Part shown: piece by piece, positions 49,803 through 59,210 of the stretch
Layout of the letters: every line of letters starts with the position of its first letter
Numbering within the stretch: the first letter of the stretch is position 1
From: a virus
Lineage: Duplodnaviria > Caudoviricetes
IMG/VR virus record: IMGVR_UViG_3300045771_000049
Location: 64,001-128,000 of that record
Length of the DNA: 64,000 nt
Strand: one strand, 5' to 3'
The notes under the pieces: model-generated
Told to the model about the DNA's origin: nothing
What the model saw: the letters and a program-made list of their open reading frames with translations, nothing else
Database searches by the model: none
Translations under genes and position numbers: made by a program

Positions 49803-52214
49803 TTAGACCAAAATGGCCGCTTCGCCGCCTTGCAGCGCCACCCCATGGCCCCACAGCGTCTTGACGTGGTTGGCCATCGCCGCAGCGTTGTCGAGATTGC
49901 GCCCGCGATAGGGCGTGTAAGTGAGGGTCAGAATGCGAGTTTCAGGATCGACGGTGCTGACCTCGATCTGGGGCACCGTGTTGTGGCGTTCGTACTGATC
50001 GGCCAGACTGTCACGCACTTTCTGATAACCCGCATCGTCGTGGATCGCGGCGACCTTATATTCCGGTTTGCCGTTATCATCGTGGATTTGGAACAGTTTC
50101 AGGGCGCGTATCACTTCCGGTGACAGAAATTGCCGGATCATGCTCTCATCCCGGTAGTTGGCCCAGATGTCGCGAATGACCGCCATCTCATCCTGGACCC
50201 CGGCGATCTCGGGAAACCACCGACGATCCTCATCGGTTGGTTCGTGACAGATACGCTCCACGTCCTTCATGATCGCAAAGCCCAGGGCGTAAGGATTGAT
50301 GCCGGTATAGCGGTGATCATTGAAGTTCGGTTGCATCACGACATTGGTATGGGATTGCAGGAATTCCAGCATCGCGCCATCGGTCATATGACCGAGTTCA
50401 TGCAACCGGGTCATGATCCGGTAGTGCACATAAGTGGCGCACCCTTCGTTCCCGCACTTGGTTGCGCCTTGAGGGTAGAAGTATTGCGCGATTTTACGCA
50501 CGATGCGGATGGTCTCACGCTGCCATTCCTTCAAATCCGGGGCGAACTTCTCGCAGAACCAGAGGATGTTTTCCTCGGGCTGGGCAGGAAATTTCTTCAC
50601 CTTAGCTTCCGGGTCTTTCTTCGCCTTGATCAACGAATCAAATAGTTCACTGATATGAGCCACGTCATAGTCGTTTTTCTCGGCCTGTCGTTTGCGTTCA
50701 TTCACCAAGGAAAGTTTGCGCGGCTTGCGATACGGATTGACCCCATAATTCATCAACGCGTGACAAGAATTAAGAAATGTTTCAACGACCTCACGACCTT
50801 CGCGAGCCTCGCACTGGTTGATATAGTCGCGCGCGAAGATCAGATAGTCCAAGATCGACGAGGCGTCGGTCCATTCCTTGAACAGGTAATTGTTACGAAA
50901 GAAGTGGGAATGGCCTTGGCAATTTCCCGTGACAGAGATTTTGTTATTGCGGCGCATGACAAACATGCCGCTTGGGACGGTGAAGCAGTAGGCTAGGCCG
51001 TCTGGACTGGGAATGCGCGCGAATGGCTGCGGTGGTAAGCGTCCATCTTTGCTGATTCCAATGAGTGGTCGTTCAGACTTGGTTACATTTACACAGCGAG
51101 TACCGGCTGATATATGGCCGTGACATCCAGTTGCAGCCCACACGTACTGGACAAACTCCACATCCTGTTTGAATTCTGAAGTAAAATTGAAATTTGGACT
51201 GGCGACCGAACCGTCCCAGTAGCAAACCTCCTCACCAATCAGTTTTAGTTGACGATATGAGGCGGTATACCACTCAGCAGTAAACCGCTTATCGATCATC
51301 GGATAACGGAAGAGTACAGAATGTCTTCCCTCATAGGTCGGTTTGCTAGTGTAAGCGATGCCGAGTTTATCCAAAAGCATTTTTAAGCGCGCGATCTTTC
51401 GTTCTTTCTTCAGATGGAATCTCATGATGTAGTCGGGTTTGACGTCGAAGTGCGTCTTATCGACATTTGGATTGATCATTGAACCGTCTGCTTTGATCGC
51501 GATATGCAGGCAGATTTCGTCATCACTCAATGGTAATTCGTTTTCGATATCGATATGAAATCCGGTGATGAATCGATTGCACATGCCGCGTGTTTTATTC
51601 CGGTGTTGTTGGTATAATTCGGCACCCGTGGTCGTACGGAGCTTGTTATAATGATCCACCAGGATCACCGTGTGGTCCTCGGTGATTGCCTGATCGATTT
51701 TTTCACTCTCAATATGGATGAAGTCAGTCTGCGGACGCTTGATGTAAGCTTCTGGCTCAACAAAATTCACGCGCCCATCTTCGTGATACTGGGCGACCTT
51801 ACCTGCCTGATAGGCATCGATTCTTTGCCAGCCGGTTGGCGAAAGATATTCAGTATCACCGGAAACACAGGCGTGACTCAGCACAAGGCTTTGCATAGTC
51901 TGCGTGTTTTCCTCCATCAGATAAGCGATGCAGGGGTCGGAGTTGATCACGATCTCATAGGCCAAGCCCTGATAACCATGCTTGTACAATTCCCAGTCAC
52001 GCGAGAAGTGTTTACCGAACGACCAATGCCGGTAGAAAATCGGCATCCCATTTCCAGCATAGGCGTCAACCATCTGTTCGGCGGTGATGATCTCGATCTG
52101 GGCGGGGTACGGCGTCAGGCCGAGTTCCTGGGTGCCGATCCGTTCGATTTCTTTGTACACCCGATTGATGATTTCAAACGACCATTCCGAAGCCGTCCAG
52201 AGATATTCGGCCAT
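49803..52214 (-). CDS. ycgB: SpoVR/YcgB family protein with intein
   Basis: IEIITAEQM, GMP.FY.HWSFGK, GLAYEIVINSDPCIAYLMEEN, NEGCATYVHY, NPYALGF, YRDES.I.QFLS. Confidence 0.93.
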   Translation of the reverse strand: MAEYLWTASEWSFEIINRVYKEIERIGTQELGLTPYPAQIEIITAEQMVDAYAGNGMPIFYRHWSFGKHFSRDWELYKHGYQGLAYEIVINSDPCIAYLMEENTQTMQSLVLSHACVSGDTEYLSPTGWQRIDAYQAGKVAQYHEDGRVNFVEPEAYIKRPQTDFIHIESEKIDQAITEDHTVILVDHYNKLRTTTGAELYQQHRNKTRGMCNRFITGFHIDIENELPLSDDEICLHIAIKADGSMINPNVDKTHFDVKPDYIMRFHLKKERKIARLKMLLDKLGIAYTSKPTYEGRHSVLFRYPMIDKRFTAEWYTASYRQLKLIGEEVCYWDGSVASPNFNFTSEFKQDVEFVQYVWAATGCHGHISAGTRCVNVTKSERPLIGISKDGRLPPQPFARIPSPDGLAYCFTVPSGMFVMRRNNKISVTGNCQGHSHFFRNNYLFKEWTDASSILDYLIFARDYINQCEAREGREVVETFLNSCHALMNYGVNPYRKPRKLSLVNERKRQAEKNDYDVAHISELFDSLIKAKKDPEAKVKKFPAQPEENILWFCEKFAPDLKEWQRETIRIVRKIAQYFYPQGATKCGNEGCATYVHYRIMTRLHELGHMTDGAMLEFLQSHTNVVMQPNFNDHRYTGINPYALGFAIMKDVERICHEPTDEDRRWFPEIAGVQDEMAVIRDIWANYRDESMIRQFLSPEVIRALKLFQIHDDNGKPEYKVAAIHDDAGYQKVRDSLADQYERHNTVPQIEVSTVDPETRILTLTYTPYRGRNLDNAAAMANHVKTLWGHGVALQGGEAAILV
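50922..51869 (-). mobile_element. intein in SpoVR (316 aa)
   Basis: LSHA|CVSGDTEYL..ITEDH..YCFTVPSG..VTGN|CQGH; degenerate endonuclease region. Confidence 0.9.
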
Positions 52215-52223
52215 GTTACAGTC

Positions 52224-53504
52224 CTATACGTTGACGCTTTGTTTTTGAAACAGCGAGCGAAAGACTTCAATGACATTGTCCGGTGAAGACAACCGTCGGG
52301 CCGCGACCTTCGGCGTGAGGGCGGCAATTTCAGCGAACATCTTCCAGACTTCCGAGTCACGCTGCACCAACCCGTTCGGATAACCGCTGCTATCGCGACC
52401 GACCTCGACATAGGTCACATATTGGAACCACGGCAGCATGGCGGACAATTTCTCCCGCGCTTCGGTATTGTCGCTGGACGAATTATCGCCATCCGAGCAC
52501 TGCGCCATATACAGGTTCCAACTATTCACATCATAGCGTGAGATGATAATCTTGCGGGCTTCTTCGTATGCTACGGACACGACGGTGCCACCGGTATCGG
52601 TCGCGTGAAAGAATGTATCTTGGTCAACCTCGGCCGCAACATGGGTGTGCCGGATGAAGACGATATCCACATGCTTGTATTGACGGGTGAGGAACAACCA
52701 GAGCAACAGATAGAACCGTTTGGACAATTCCTTCATAAACTCGGTCACCGACCCTGACACATCCATGATCGCGATCATCACTGCCTGGGTGATCGGCGTC
52801 GGCCGCTTCTCAAAGTTCACATAGCGCAGATCGGATTTCTCTAAAAAGCTGATCGCGTCAGCGCTGTGTTGCAAGGCGGCGATTTCTATATTGATTTCGC
52901 GCTTGCGGTCTTCGTCGTCGGTTTCTTGCAATTCGCCGATGAGTTCTTCGATCAGCGCGAGTTTGGGGAATTTCAACGCGATGCGCCGACCGAGGCCCTG
53001 GATCATGGTGCGTTCCAGCGCGAGGTTGCTGGTCGAGCCAACCGTGGTGAAGCCAGCCCGGTGGCGAGTGAACGAGATGGTCTGCTTATTGGAGCGCTTG
53101 ATCATGTCTGGCAGGCAGAGGTCTTCGAGGATGGCATCGACGTATTCCTGGTAGCTGATGCTGAACCGGAAGTCGTCATTCCCCTCGCCGTCCCGCGCGC
53201 CGTCTGAGCCACTGCCGCCGCCAGCGGGTGGCCGGGGGATGTTATCCCCGACCACGTAGTCTTGGTTACCCGGCAGCACGTAGTCCCACATACCTTTGCC
53301 TTTGGCGTAGTGGAATTGGGGTTCCTCGATCCCGTCTTTGGAGACGGTCACCTCGGTATCGGACTTGTCCTGGATGTTGCGGCCATTGAGTTGTTTCCGC
53401 GCCGCTGTGCGGATCGATCCTCTCACGCGCTCGACGAAGCGTTGCCGGTTTGTCAGACTTTTCCCACTGGGGTTCAGGCGTCGATCAATAATGCCGAATG
53501 TCAT
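52224..53504 (-). CDS. yeaH: YeaH/YhbH (DUF444) vWA-like protein
   Basis: IIDRR..KS..NRQRF, LPGN.DY..GD, MDVSGS, FIRH, GGTVVS, SDGDN. Confidence 0.93.
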   Translation of the reverse strand: MTFGIIDRRLNPSGKSLTNRQRFVERVRGSIRTAARKQLNGRNIQDKSDTEVTVSKDGIEEPQFHYAKGKGMWDYVLPGNQDYVVGDNIPRPPAGGGSGSDGARDGEGNDDFRFSISYQEYVDAILEDLCLPDMIKRSNKQTISFTRHRAGFTTVGSTSNLALERTMIQGLGRRIALKFPKLALIEELIGELQETDDEDRKREINIEIAALQHSADAISFLEKSDLRYVNFEKRPTPITQAVMIAIMDVSGSVTEFMKELSKRFYLLLWLFLTRQYKHVDIVFIRHTHVAAEVDQDTFFHATDTGGTVVSVAYEEARKIIISRYDVNSWNLYMAQCSDGDNSSSDNTEAREKLSAMLPWFQYVTYVEVGRDSSGYPNGLVQRDSEVWKMFAEIAALTPKVAARRLSSPDNVIEVFRSLFQKQSVNV

Positions 53505-53522
53505 GACAGGTGTCCTTAAAAA

Positions 53523-56500
53523 TTACCCAGACTTCTGCACTCGCATATAATACTCAACGACACGCCGAACTTGTCGGGGCGTGTAACCTTTCTGGCTCAT
53601 GCGATCAACAAAGTCATTGTGTTTATCTTGATCGTCTTTGTTCGACTTAGTACCGAAACTGACGATCGGCAGCAGTTCAGCCACGTTCGAGAACATCTTC
53701 TTCTCGATCACCTTGCGCAGTTTTTCGTAGGACGTCCACTTGATGATTTTGCCGTTGGCCCGCTGGCGCAACACAAACTTGACGCATTCCTGCCGAAAAT
53801 CCTTCGGATTGGCGATGCCAGCCGGTTTTTCGGTCTTCTCCAACTCGCCGTTCAGATATTCGCGGTTGAACATTGTGCCAGTGTCGGCGTCCTTATAATC
53901 GATATCGTCCATCCAGTGGTCTGCATAGACTATATACCGATCGAACAAGGTTTGCCCGAATTCGTCATAGGCTTCCAGGTAGGCCATCTGGATTTCGTTG
54001 CCGATGAACTCGACGTAGCGCGGCGCCAATTCCGATTTGATATAGTCGAGATACATTTTCTCGGCGTCGTTGGGGAACTGTTCGCGGATCAACGCCCGTT
54101 CCAACATGAACAAGAGATGCACCGGATCGGCCGACACTTCGTCGGTGTCGTGGTTGAACGTCGCGGATAAGACCTTGAACGCGAACCGGGTTGACGTGCC
54201 GGTCATCCCCTCATCAACGCCCGCCGCTTCGCGGTATTCCATCACCGGCTTGGCGCGCGGATCGGTCTCCTTGATGTTTTGCCCGTCATAGACACACAGT
54301 TTCGCCCACTGGGTGGAATTCTCATGCTTCGCCAGCCGCGTAAGGACCGAGAATTCGGCCAGCATCTGCAAGGTCGCCGGGGCACACGGGGCATTCTTCA
54401 AGTCAGACGACTGAAGCATCTTCTCATAGATCAGGCGCTCATCGGTGGCGCGCAGGCAATACGGCACCTTGATCACACAAATCCGATCGATGAAGGCTTC
54501 ATTATTAGAGTTTGCCTTAAAGTTCTGCCATTCGCTCTGATTCGAATGCGCCACGACGATACCGTTGAACGGGATGGCGGAAATGGCTTCAGTTCCCATA
54601 TAATTGCCTTCCTGCGTCGCCGTCAGCAACGGATGTAGCATTTTTATCGGAGCTTTAAACATTTCAACGAACTCAAGCATGCCTTGGTTGCCCCGGCACA
54701 GACCACCTGAAAACGAATAGGAATCAGGATCATCCTGTGAGAACTTTTCCAGCTTGCGGATGTCAGTCTTGCCGACCAGGGACGAAATATCCTGATTGTT
54801 CTCGTCGCCCGGCTCGGTCTTGACGATGCCGATCTGTTCGAGCTTCGACGGCATCACCCGCGCCACCCGGAACTTGGTGATATCGCCACCCGCCTGCTTG
54901 AACCGTTTGATCGCCCATGGACTGAGAATCATATTCAAGTAACGCTTGTCGATGCCATAATCGGCCATCAGTGCATGATACCTGGGCGCATTGAACAGAC
55001 CGAGCGGCGTTTCCAGCACGGGCGACATTCCATCACCTGCACACAATACGTAGATCGGAAACTTGGTCATCAACTCGCCGACGCGGATCGCCAGACTCGA
55101 ATTATGACTAACAATGCCGTTCGCGACGTAATTATGCGTTCCGGCAACTTCAATATCATACATCGGCTCATCACAGTCGAGGTCAACGATATCGTCTATC
55201 TTGTCCCAGTAAATATCACCTTCGGCAAGTTCTCGCAACGATTCAGCGTTTTTGAAGAACTCAATGGCATATCGGACAAAGCCCCTGCGGGACCCGATGT
55301 TATTGTCGAGTTGAGTGCGCAAGTTTTCCTTGAGTCTGGACGTACCGTCTTTTTTTGATGCTAGTAGAGTGTTTGTGGCCTCGATCACTAAGTTCTTCGG
55401 CAAAATATCCCAACCACCCGAGTGCTTTCGTTGATCGATGACACTGACAAACACTTCGTCACATGCCTTTTCTTTTCCATAAATACCAATTCTGGAAAGA
55501 AACGTCATGATATGATACCGATCATATATTGCAACAGTATAGGCTCTCCGTTTCTTCACCCCGTTCAAAATCGGCACGTAGGAGGAGATGCGTGCAGCGA
55601 TACCAAATTTGCTTAGCAGCGAGCAGACTTGTCGAGCCATGATCTCAGACACACTGGTATAGCCGATTTCGTTATTAGTTCCGCAAGAAGCCCATCCATC
55701 AGTGGCGTATAATCTAGATAAAAATAACGCGACTTGATCTTCTTCCAATTGGAACACGTAGTCAGGAATGAATTTTGTGTGACTTAGCGTACCGTTTAGG
55801 TTCAATTCCTCAAAACGATGGCGGATCGCCATTTCACCTTCGCGTTCATTGATCCGGTAATAGTCGATCAGACCTGTTGCTGCTTCGATCTGCGGTTTGA
55901 CGACACAGCCCAGTTCCGCAACTGCGCCTTGAAAATCAGCTACCACCGCTTCGTTGAAATTGGTGAACGTTATATTTCCAGATGCCGGTATATGCCCGTC
56001 ACCCAGGATATAAGCTAGTACTTTTAGAAACGCTTCGTCGTCGCGTTTGGTACCGAACGGCAATGTCATTGCCGTAGCAATCAAATCCCCCGGTCGCAAA
56101 GCGTCAATTTGTTTCCAGCCATGGTTGGTGAATAAACGATGCGTTGGGGCTCCGCACACCTCCAAACCACGCGATGTAGTGACTTTCCAAACAGGCTTTT
56201 CATCTAGGATGAAAGTGTTGTTGACCTGCTCCGCACAGGTCCGATGTGTAGTTGCATCAGTCGAAACCACACAGTCACCGACCTGAACAGTTTCGATGGT
56301 TCTCCATGACCCATCAGCCATGGCGATCAAGGTCCCGGCACGGTGACATTTCGCGGTGCCGACCGGCCCCAGTAGATAGAGGATTTGCTTGCGTTCCTCC
56401 AAGCCCTGCGCGGCGTGCTTGAAGTATCCCACGATCCGCTCAATCGTGTCCTCCATGCCGTAGAAGTCCTCGAAGGCTGGATAGACTCGCACGGTGCGAT

Positions 56501-56711
56501 TGGCGAAGATGCGCGACAGCCGAGGATCGGCCGAGGTATCAAGCTTGACGGGATCACCAATGGCCGCAACCATGCGTTCGGCGGGTGTGGCATAGGCCAT
56601 CGAATCGGTGCGACAGAGGTCCAAATAGTCCTGGATACTCATGTACGTGGTTTCGGTAATTTGAAAGTCGTTTTTGAGAAGGGCTACGATGTCCATTTGC
56701 TGTCCTGACAA
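53523..56711 (-). CDS. prkA: PrkA/YeaG AAA+ kinase with intein
   Basis: FYGME, GLEERKQILYLLGPVG, KTEPGDENNQDISSLVG, EFVEMFKAPIKMLHPLLTATQEG; promoter 56721-56726. Confidence 0.95.
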   Translation of the reverse strand: MSGQQMDIVALLKNDFQITETTYMSIQDYLDLCRTDSMAYATPAERMVAAIGDPVKLDTSADPRLSRIFANRTVRVYPAFEDFYGMEDTIERIVGYFKHAAQGLEERKQILYLLGPVGTAKCHRAGTLIAMADGSWRTIETVQVGDCVVSTDATTHRTCAEQVNNTFILDEKPVWKVTTSRGLEVCGAPTHRLFTNHGWKQIDALRPGDLIATAMTLPFGTKRDDEAFLKVLAYILGDGHIPASGNITFTNFNEAVVADFQGAVAELGCVVKPQIEAATGLIDYYRINEREGEMAIRHRFEELNLNGTLSHTKFIPDYVFQLEEDQVALFLSRLYATDGWASCGTNNEIGYTSVSEIMARQVCSLLSKFGIAARISSYVPILNGVKKRRAYTVAIYDRYHIMTFLSRIGIYGKEKACDEVFVSVIDQRKHSGGWDILPKNLVIEATNTLLASKKDGTSRLKENLRTQLDNNIGSRRGFVRYAIEFFKNAESLRELAEGDIYWDKIDDIVDLDCDEPMYDIEVAGTHNYVANGIVSHNSSLAIRVGELMTKFPIYVLCAGDGMSPVLETPLGLFNAPRYHALMADYGIDKRYLNMILSPWAIKRFKQAGGDITKFRVARVMPSKLEQIGIVKTEPGDENNQDISSLVGKTDIRKLEKFSQDDPDSYSFSGGLCRGNQGMLEFVEMFKAPIKMLHPLLTATQEGNYMGTEAISAIPFNGIVVAHSNQSEWQNFKANSNNEAFIDRICVIKVPYCLRATDERLIYEKMLQSSDLKNAPCAPATLQMLAEFSVLTRLAKHENSTQWAKLCVYDGQNIKETDPRAKPVMEYREAAGVDEGMTGTSTRFAFKVLSATFNHDTDEVSADPVHLLFMLERALIREQFPNDAEKMYLDYIKSELAPRYVEFIGNEIQMAYLEAYDEFGQTLFDRYIVYADHWMDDIDYKDADTGTMFNREYLNGELEKTEKPAGIANPKDFRQECVKFVLRQRANGKIIKWTSYEKLRKVIEKKMFSNVAELLPIVSFGTKSNKDDQDKHNDFVDRMSQKGYTPRQVRRVVEYYMRVQKSG
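55101..56348 (-). mobile_element. LAGLIDADG intein in the PrkA P-loop (416 aa)
   Basis: GPVGTAK|CHRAGT..LAYILGDG..LYATDG..YDIEV..NGIVSHN|SSLA. Confidence 0.93.
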
Positions 56712-57337
56712 TGGTACAAGTATTTAGTCCGGTTATATTGCCGGAATCACGCCATCAGTGCATTTTGAAGCTGACTGACTATTACTTTCTCACCACTTTG
56801 GAGCACGAGGGACTTTGAGTGGTGTCAGACGCCTGTCACAACAAATGTATGACGGAGTTTGCGTCGGTGAAAACATACTGCGATATTCTGCTGCCGCAAT
56901 GCAAGCGAAATTGTGATCTTTGTTTTTCTACTTCGCCAAGTTCAAAAGCAGGCTGGTTGTTGCGTTGCCATTTCCGCTTCAGGTCTCGGCCGGGACGCCA
57001 TGCAAAGGCGTTCTCCGATGGTTGCGAAGCTCAGTGATGATCTGCTAGTCTATACTGCGCTAAACAAGGAGGTTGAATATGTTTCGCAATCCGAGACAAA
57101 GCAAGACGGCCTTGGCTGAGCTAGCGGCCGAACGTCGGATGATCATGCCGGGCGTTGCTCGCCGTGCAAACGGAAACTCGCGAGCATCAGCCGAATTTTA
57201 ATTGGCTTGCCGATGCGCTGCCTGCCGACCAGGAGGCGTGAATCGTATGGCGGGGAGGGCTTGGAGGCCTCGCCGCCTTCTGGCATATCGTGATATCAAA
57301 TCATTTTGCGGTTTGTCAGACGCTAAGGAGAACGAAC

Positions 57338-57703
57338 ATGATTACGACTGACCAATTACTCGCTGCGGGTTATCGGGCGTTGCGCGACACTTATGCTGAG
57401 CAACGGCTGGGGAGTTGGTATCGTATGTCCTATGTGAAACACATCACCGATCGCGTGGGGACCCGTTATATCATTTTCATTTCTCATGGGCTCATCCCAG
57501 CGCACAACGGGTCTCCGGCGCGGCCGTTTTTTTCCACCGATCATCAATTTGCACGCAAGGGGGTGATCTTCAATGTCGAGGTGGTCAGCGGGGCGGACAG
57601 CGTCGAGGAGATCGAGACGTTTTTCGAAACGGTCTGGTCAACGCTGCGGGCTGATTATTACCAGGGCGGCCCGGATCAACAGCGCCATTTTCCGCAACAG
57701 TAG
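57338..57703 (+). CDS. hypothetical protein
   Basis: AAGGAG RBS; followed by a terminator. Confidence 0.6.
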   Translation: MITTDQLLAAGYRALRDTYAEQRLGSWYRMSYVKHITDRVGTRYIIFISHGLIPAHNGSPARPFFSTDHQFARKGVIFNVEVVSGADSVEEIETFFETVWSTLRADYYQGGPDQQRHFPQQ

Positions 57704-57720
57704 GACCCGCGATGAGGAGC

Positions 57721-57749
57721 GGGCGGAGGTTGACCCTCCGCCCTTTTTT
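57721..57749 (+). terminator. Rho-independent terminator
   Basis: GGGCGGAGG-ttgac-CCTCCGCCC-TTTTTT. Confidence 0.8.
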
Positions 57750-57956
57750 CCCGGTCGCTTACTTCCGAGGCGGCTCCCGGTCACTTACTCCCGAGGCGGC
57801 GGATGTACGCGGAACGCAGTTCAGTGTCAACGCCTTCTTTTTTTGAACGGTGGCAGTTGACCCGCTTGACAAACCGACCGGTCTCCAACAGACTGTTTGT
57901 CCAGCCAAGATAATGGCTACGATAACAAGAAGCGATTGGTCCAGGTATGACATGGA

Positions 57957-58439
57957 TTAAGGCGAACGTGCATCACACGTTCGCTTTTTTTTGGCGCGAT
58001 CAGCGAGTTTAAGTTGTCGGGCCGCTTTTCGTGCCAGATTCTGCTGGAAAGCCTGCTCGTCTTGGACGATCTGACGCAGCAGTTGATTGACCGTGTTGGT
58101 CAACATCACCTCCGGGCTGATAATGTAATTGACGGCCCCAGGGTAGGTTCCTTTGGGGTAGGGATGATTGCTGATCCGGATTTCGAAACTCTGATTATGC
58201 GGGGATCGGTAGTAGCGACTTTCGGCGCGGCCGTCCCATTTTGCCTTGCTGGTGCGGCGGCGCACCCATTTGCGACAGCGCAATTTCCGGGTCAAGACTT
58301 CGATGGTGGCACGTCCGGCCTCGACGGCGATGTCCCGACCCTTGGCTTCGGCCACGCGGGCGCGAAATGGTTTTGCCCACTCGCAGGCAATCGGCAGTGC
58401 CAGCACTTGTTTTGAACTATACCAATCAAACTTTTGCAT
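57957..58439 (-). CDS. basic hypothetical protein
   Basis: AGGAG RBS; ESRYY..IRISNH. Confidence 0.5.
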   Translation of the reverse strand: MQKFDWYSSKQVLALPIACEWAKPFRARVAEAKGRDIAVEAGRATIEVLTRKLRCRKWVRRRTSKAKWDGRAESRYYRSPHNQSFEIRISNHPYPKGTYPGAVNYIISPEVMLTNTVNQLLRQIVQDEQAFQQNLARKAARQLKLADRAKKKRTCDARSP

Positions 58440-58729
58440 GGGTTCTCCTGTTACTGAGAGTAGATGAGACTTGCATTGGTGTTTACTGCGGGATAAATGT
58501 GCGGACCCCAATGGAGCTTCAAAATGTCGAGTAAAGGTCACGCTGATAATGCGATTTTGCGCGAGACGCCACAGTTCAAAGAGAAATTGGCCGCGAAAAA
58601 GCGTAAGCGTCGGCAAGCTGTATATACCAACCGTCGTGCCAATCAACACGGTAAAATCCGAGGCAAAAGCTGATGGCACCCCTCGCCGACCTCAATGTCC
58701 GCAGACTCTGCATGATCCTCGAAGTTGCC

Positions 58730-58987
58730 ATGTCCAATCTGCTCGACAGCAGCGAGGCTCCGGTCCCCAGACCGGCGATCGAAACGTGGCTGATGAACTA
58801 TCTGGACGCGCTCCCCTTACGTATCTGGCTGACAGAGCCGCCGCCTTGGGCACTGCTGACCGATGATCGGTTCTTCATAAACTTCGATGGTTGCTATATG
58901 ATCACATTGACGGTCAACCAGTCAGTCAGCCACCGCGCGCTGGACTATTTCGCGATCACGCGGGAAATATATCAAGAACTGTCGTAA
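58730..58987 (+). CDS. hypothetical protein
   Basis: 85-aa ORF. Confidence 0.4.
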   Translation: MSNLLDSSEAPVPRPAIETWLMNYLDALPLRIWLTEPPPWALLTDDRFFINFDGCYMITLTVNQSVSHRALDYFAITREIYQELS

Positions 58988-59210
58988 TCATCCACGGCCC
59001 CGCCACGCCTGCCACTGGTAGCGAGACTGCTGAGAGGCGATAGCCCGTTTGAACCGCTCAGGGGGGCATCCCAGGCCAATGGCGGGGCCTGTCTGAAGCC
59101 ATGTTGATCCTGACGCGAGTCCAGCTTGCGATGTGCGTGATGCGGGGCTGCACCCGTGGCAGCGCGGGCACTCAGTGTTCCACATCGCCAGAGAAGTGGG
59201 ATGATGGCGA

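Noticed and set aside
49803-56711. Bacterial chromosome or ordinary prophage origin suggested by prkA, creA and rpmG
   Set aside because: Baseplate and fibre genes, pervasive TAAATA promoters, inteins and dense small ORFs fit a large lytic phage; no integrase or housekeeping synteny
57866-57950. Possible small RNA with GGCTACGA after a TTGACA promoter
   Set aside because: Lacks the adjacent AGTCC stem; a single 8-mer match may be chance
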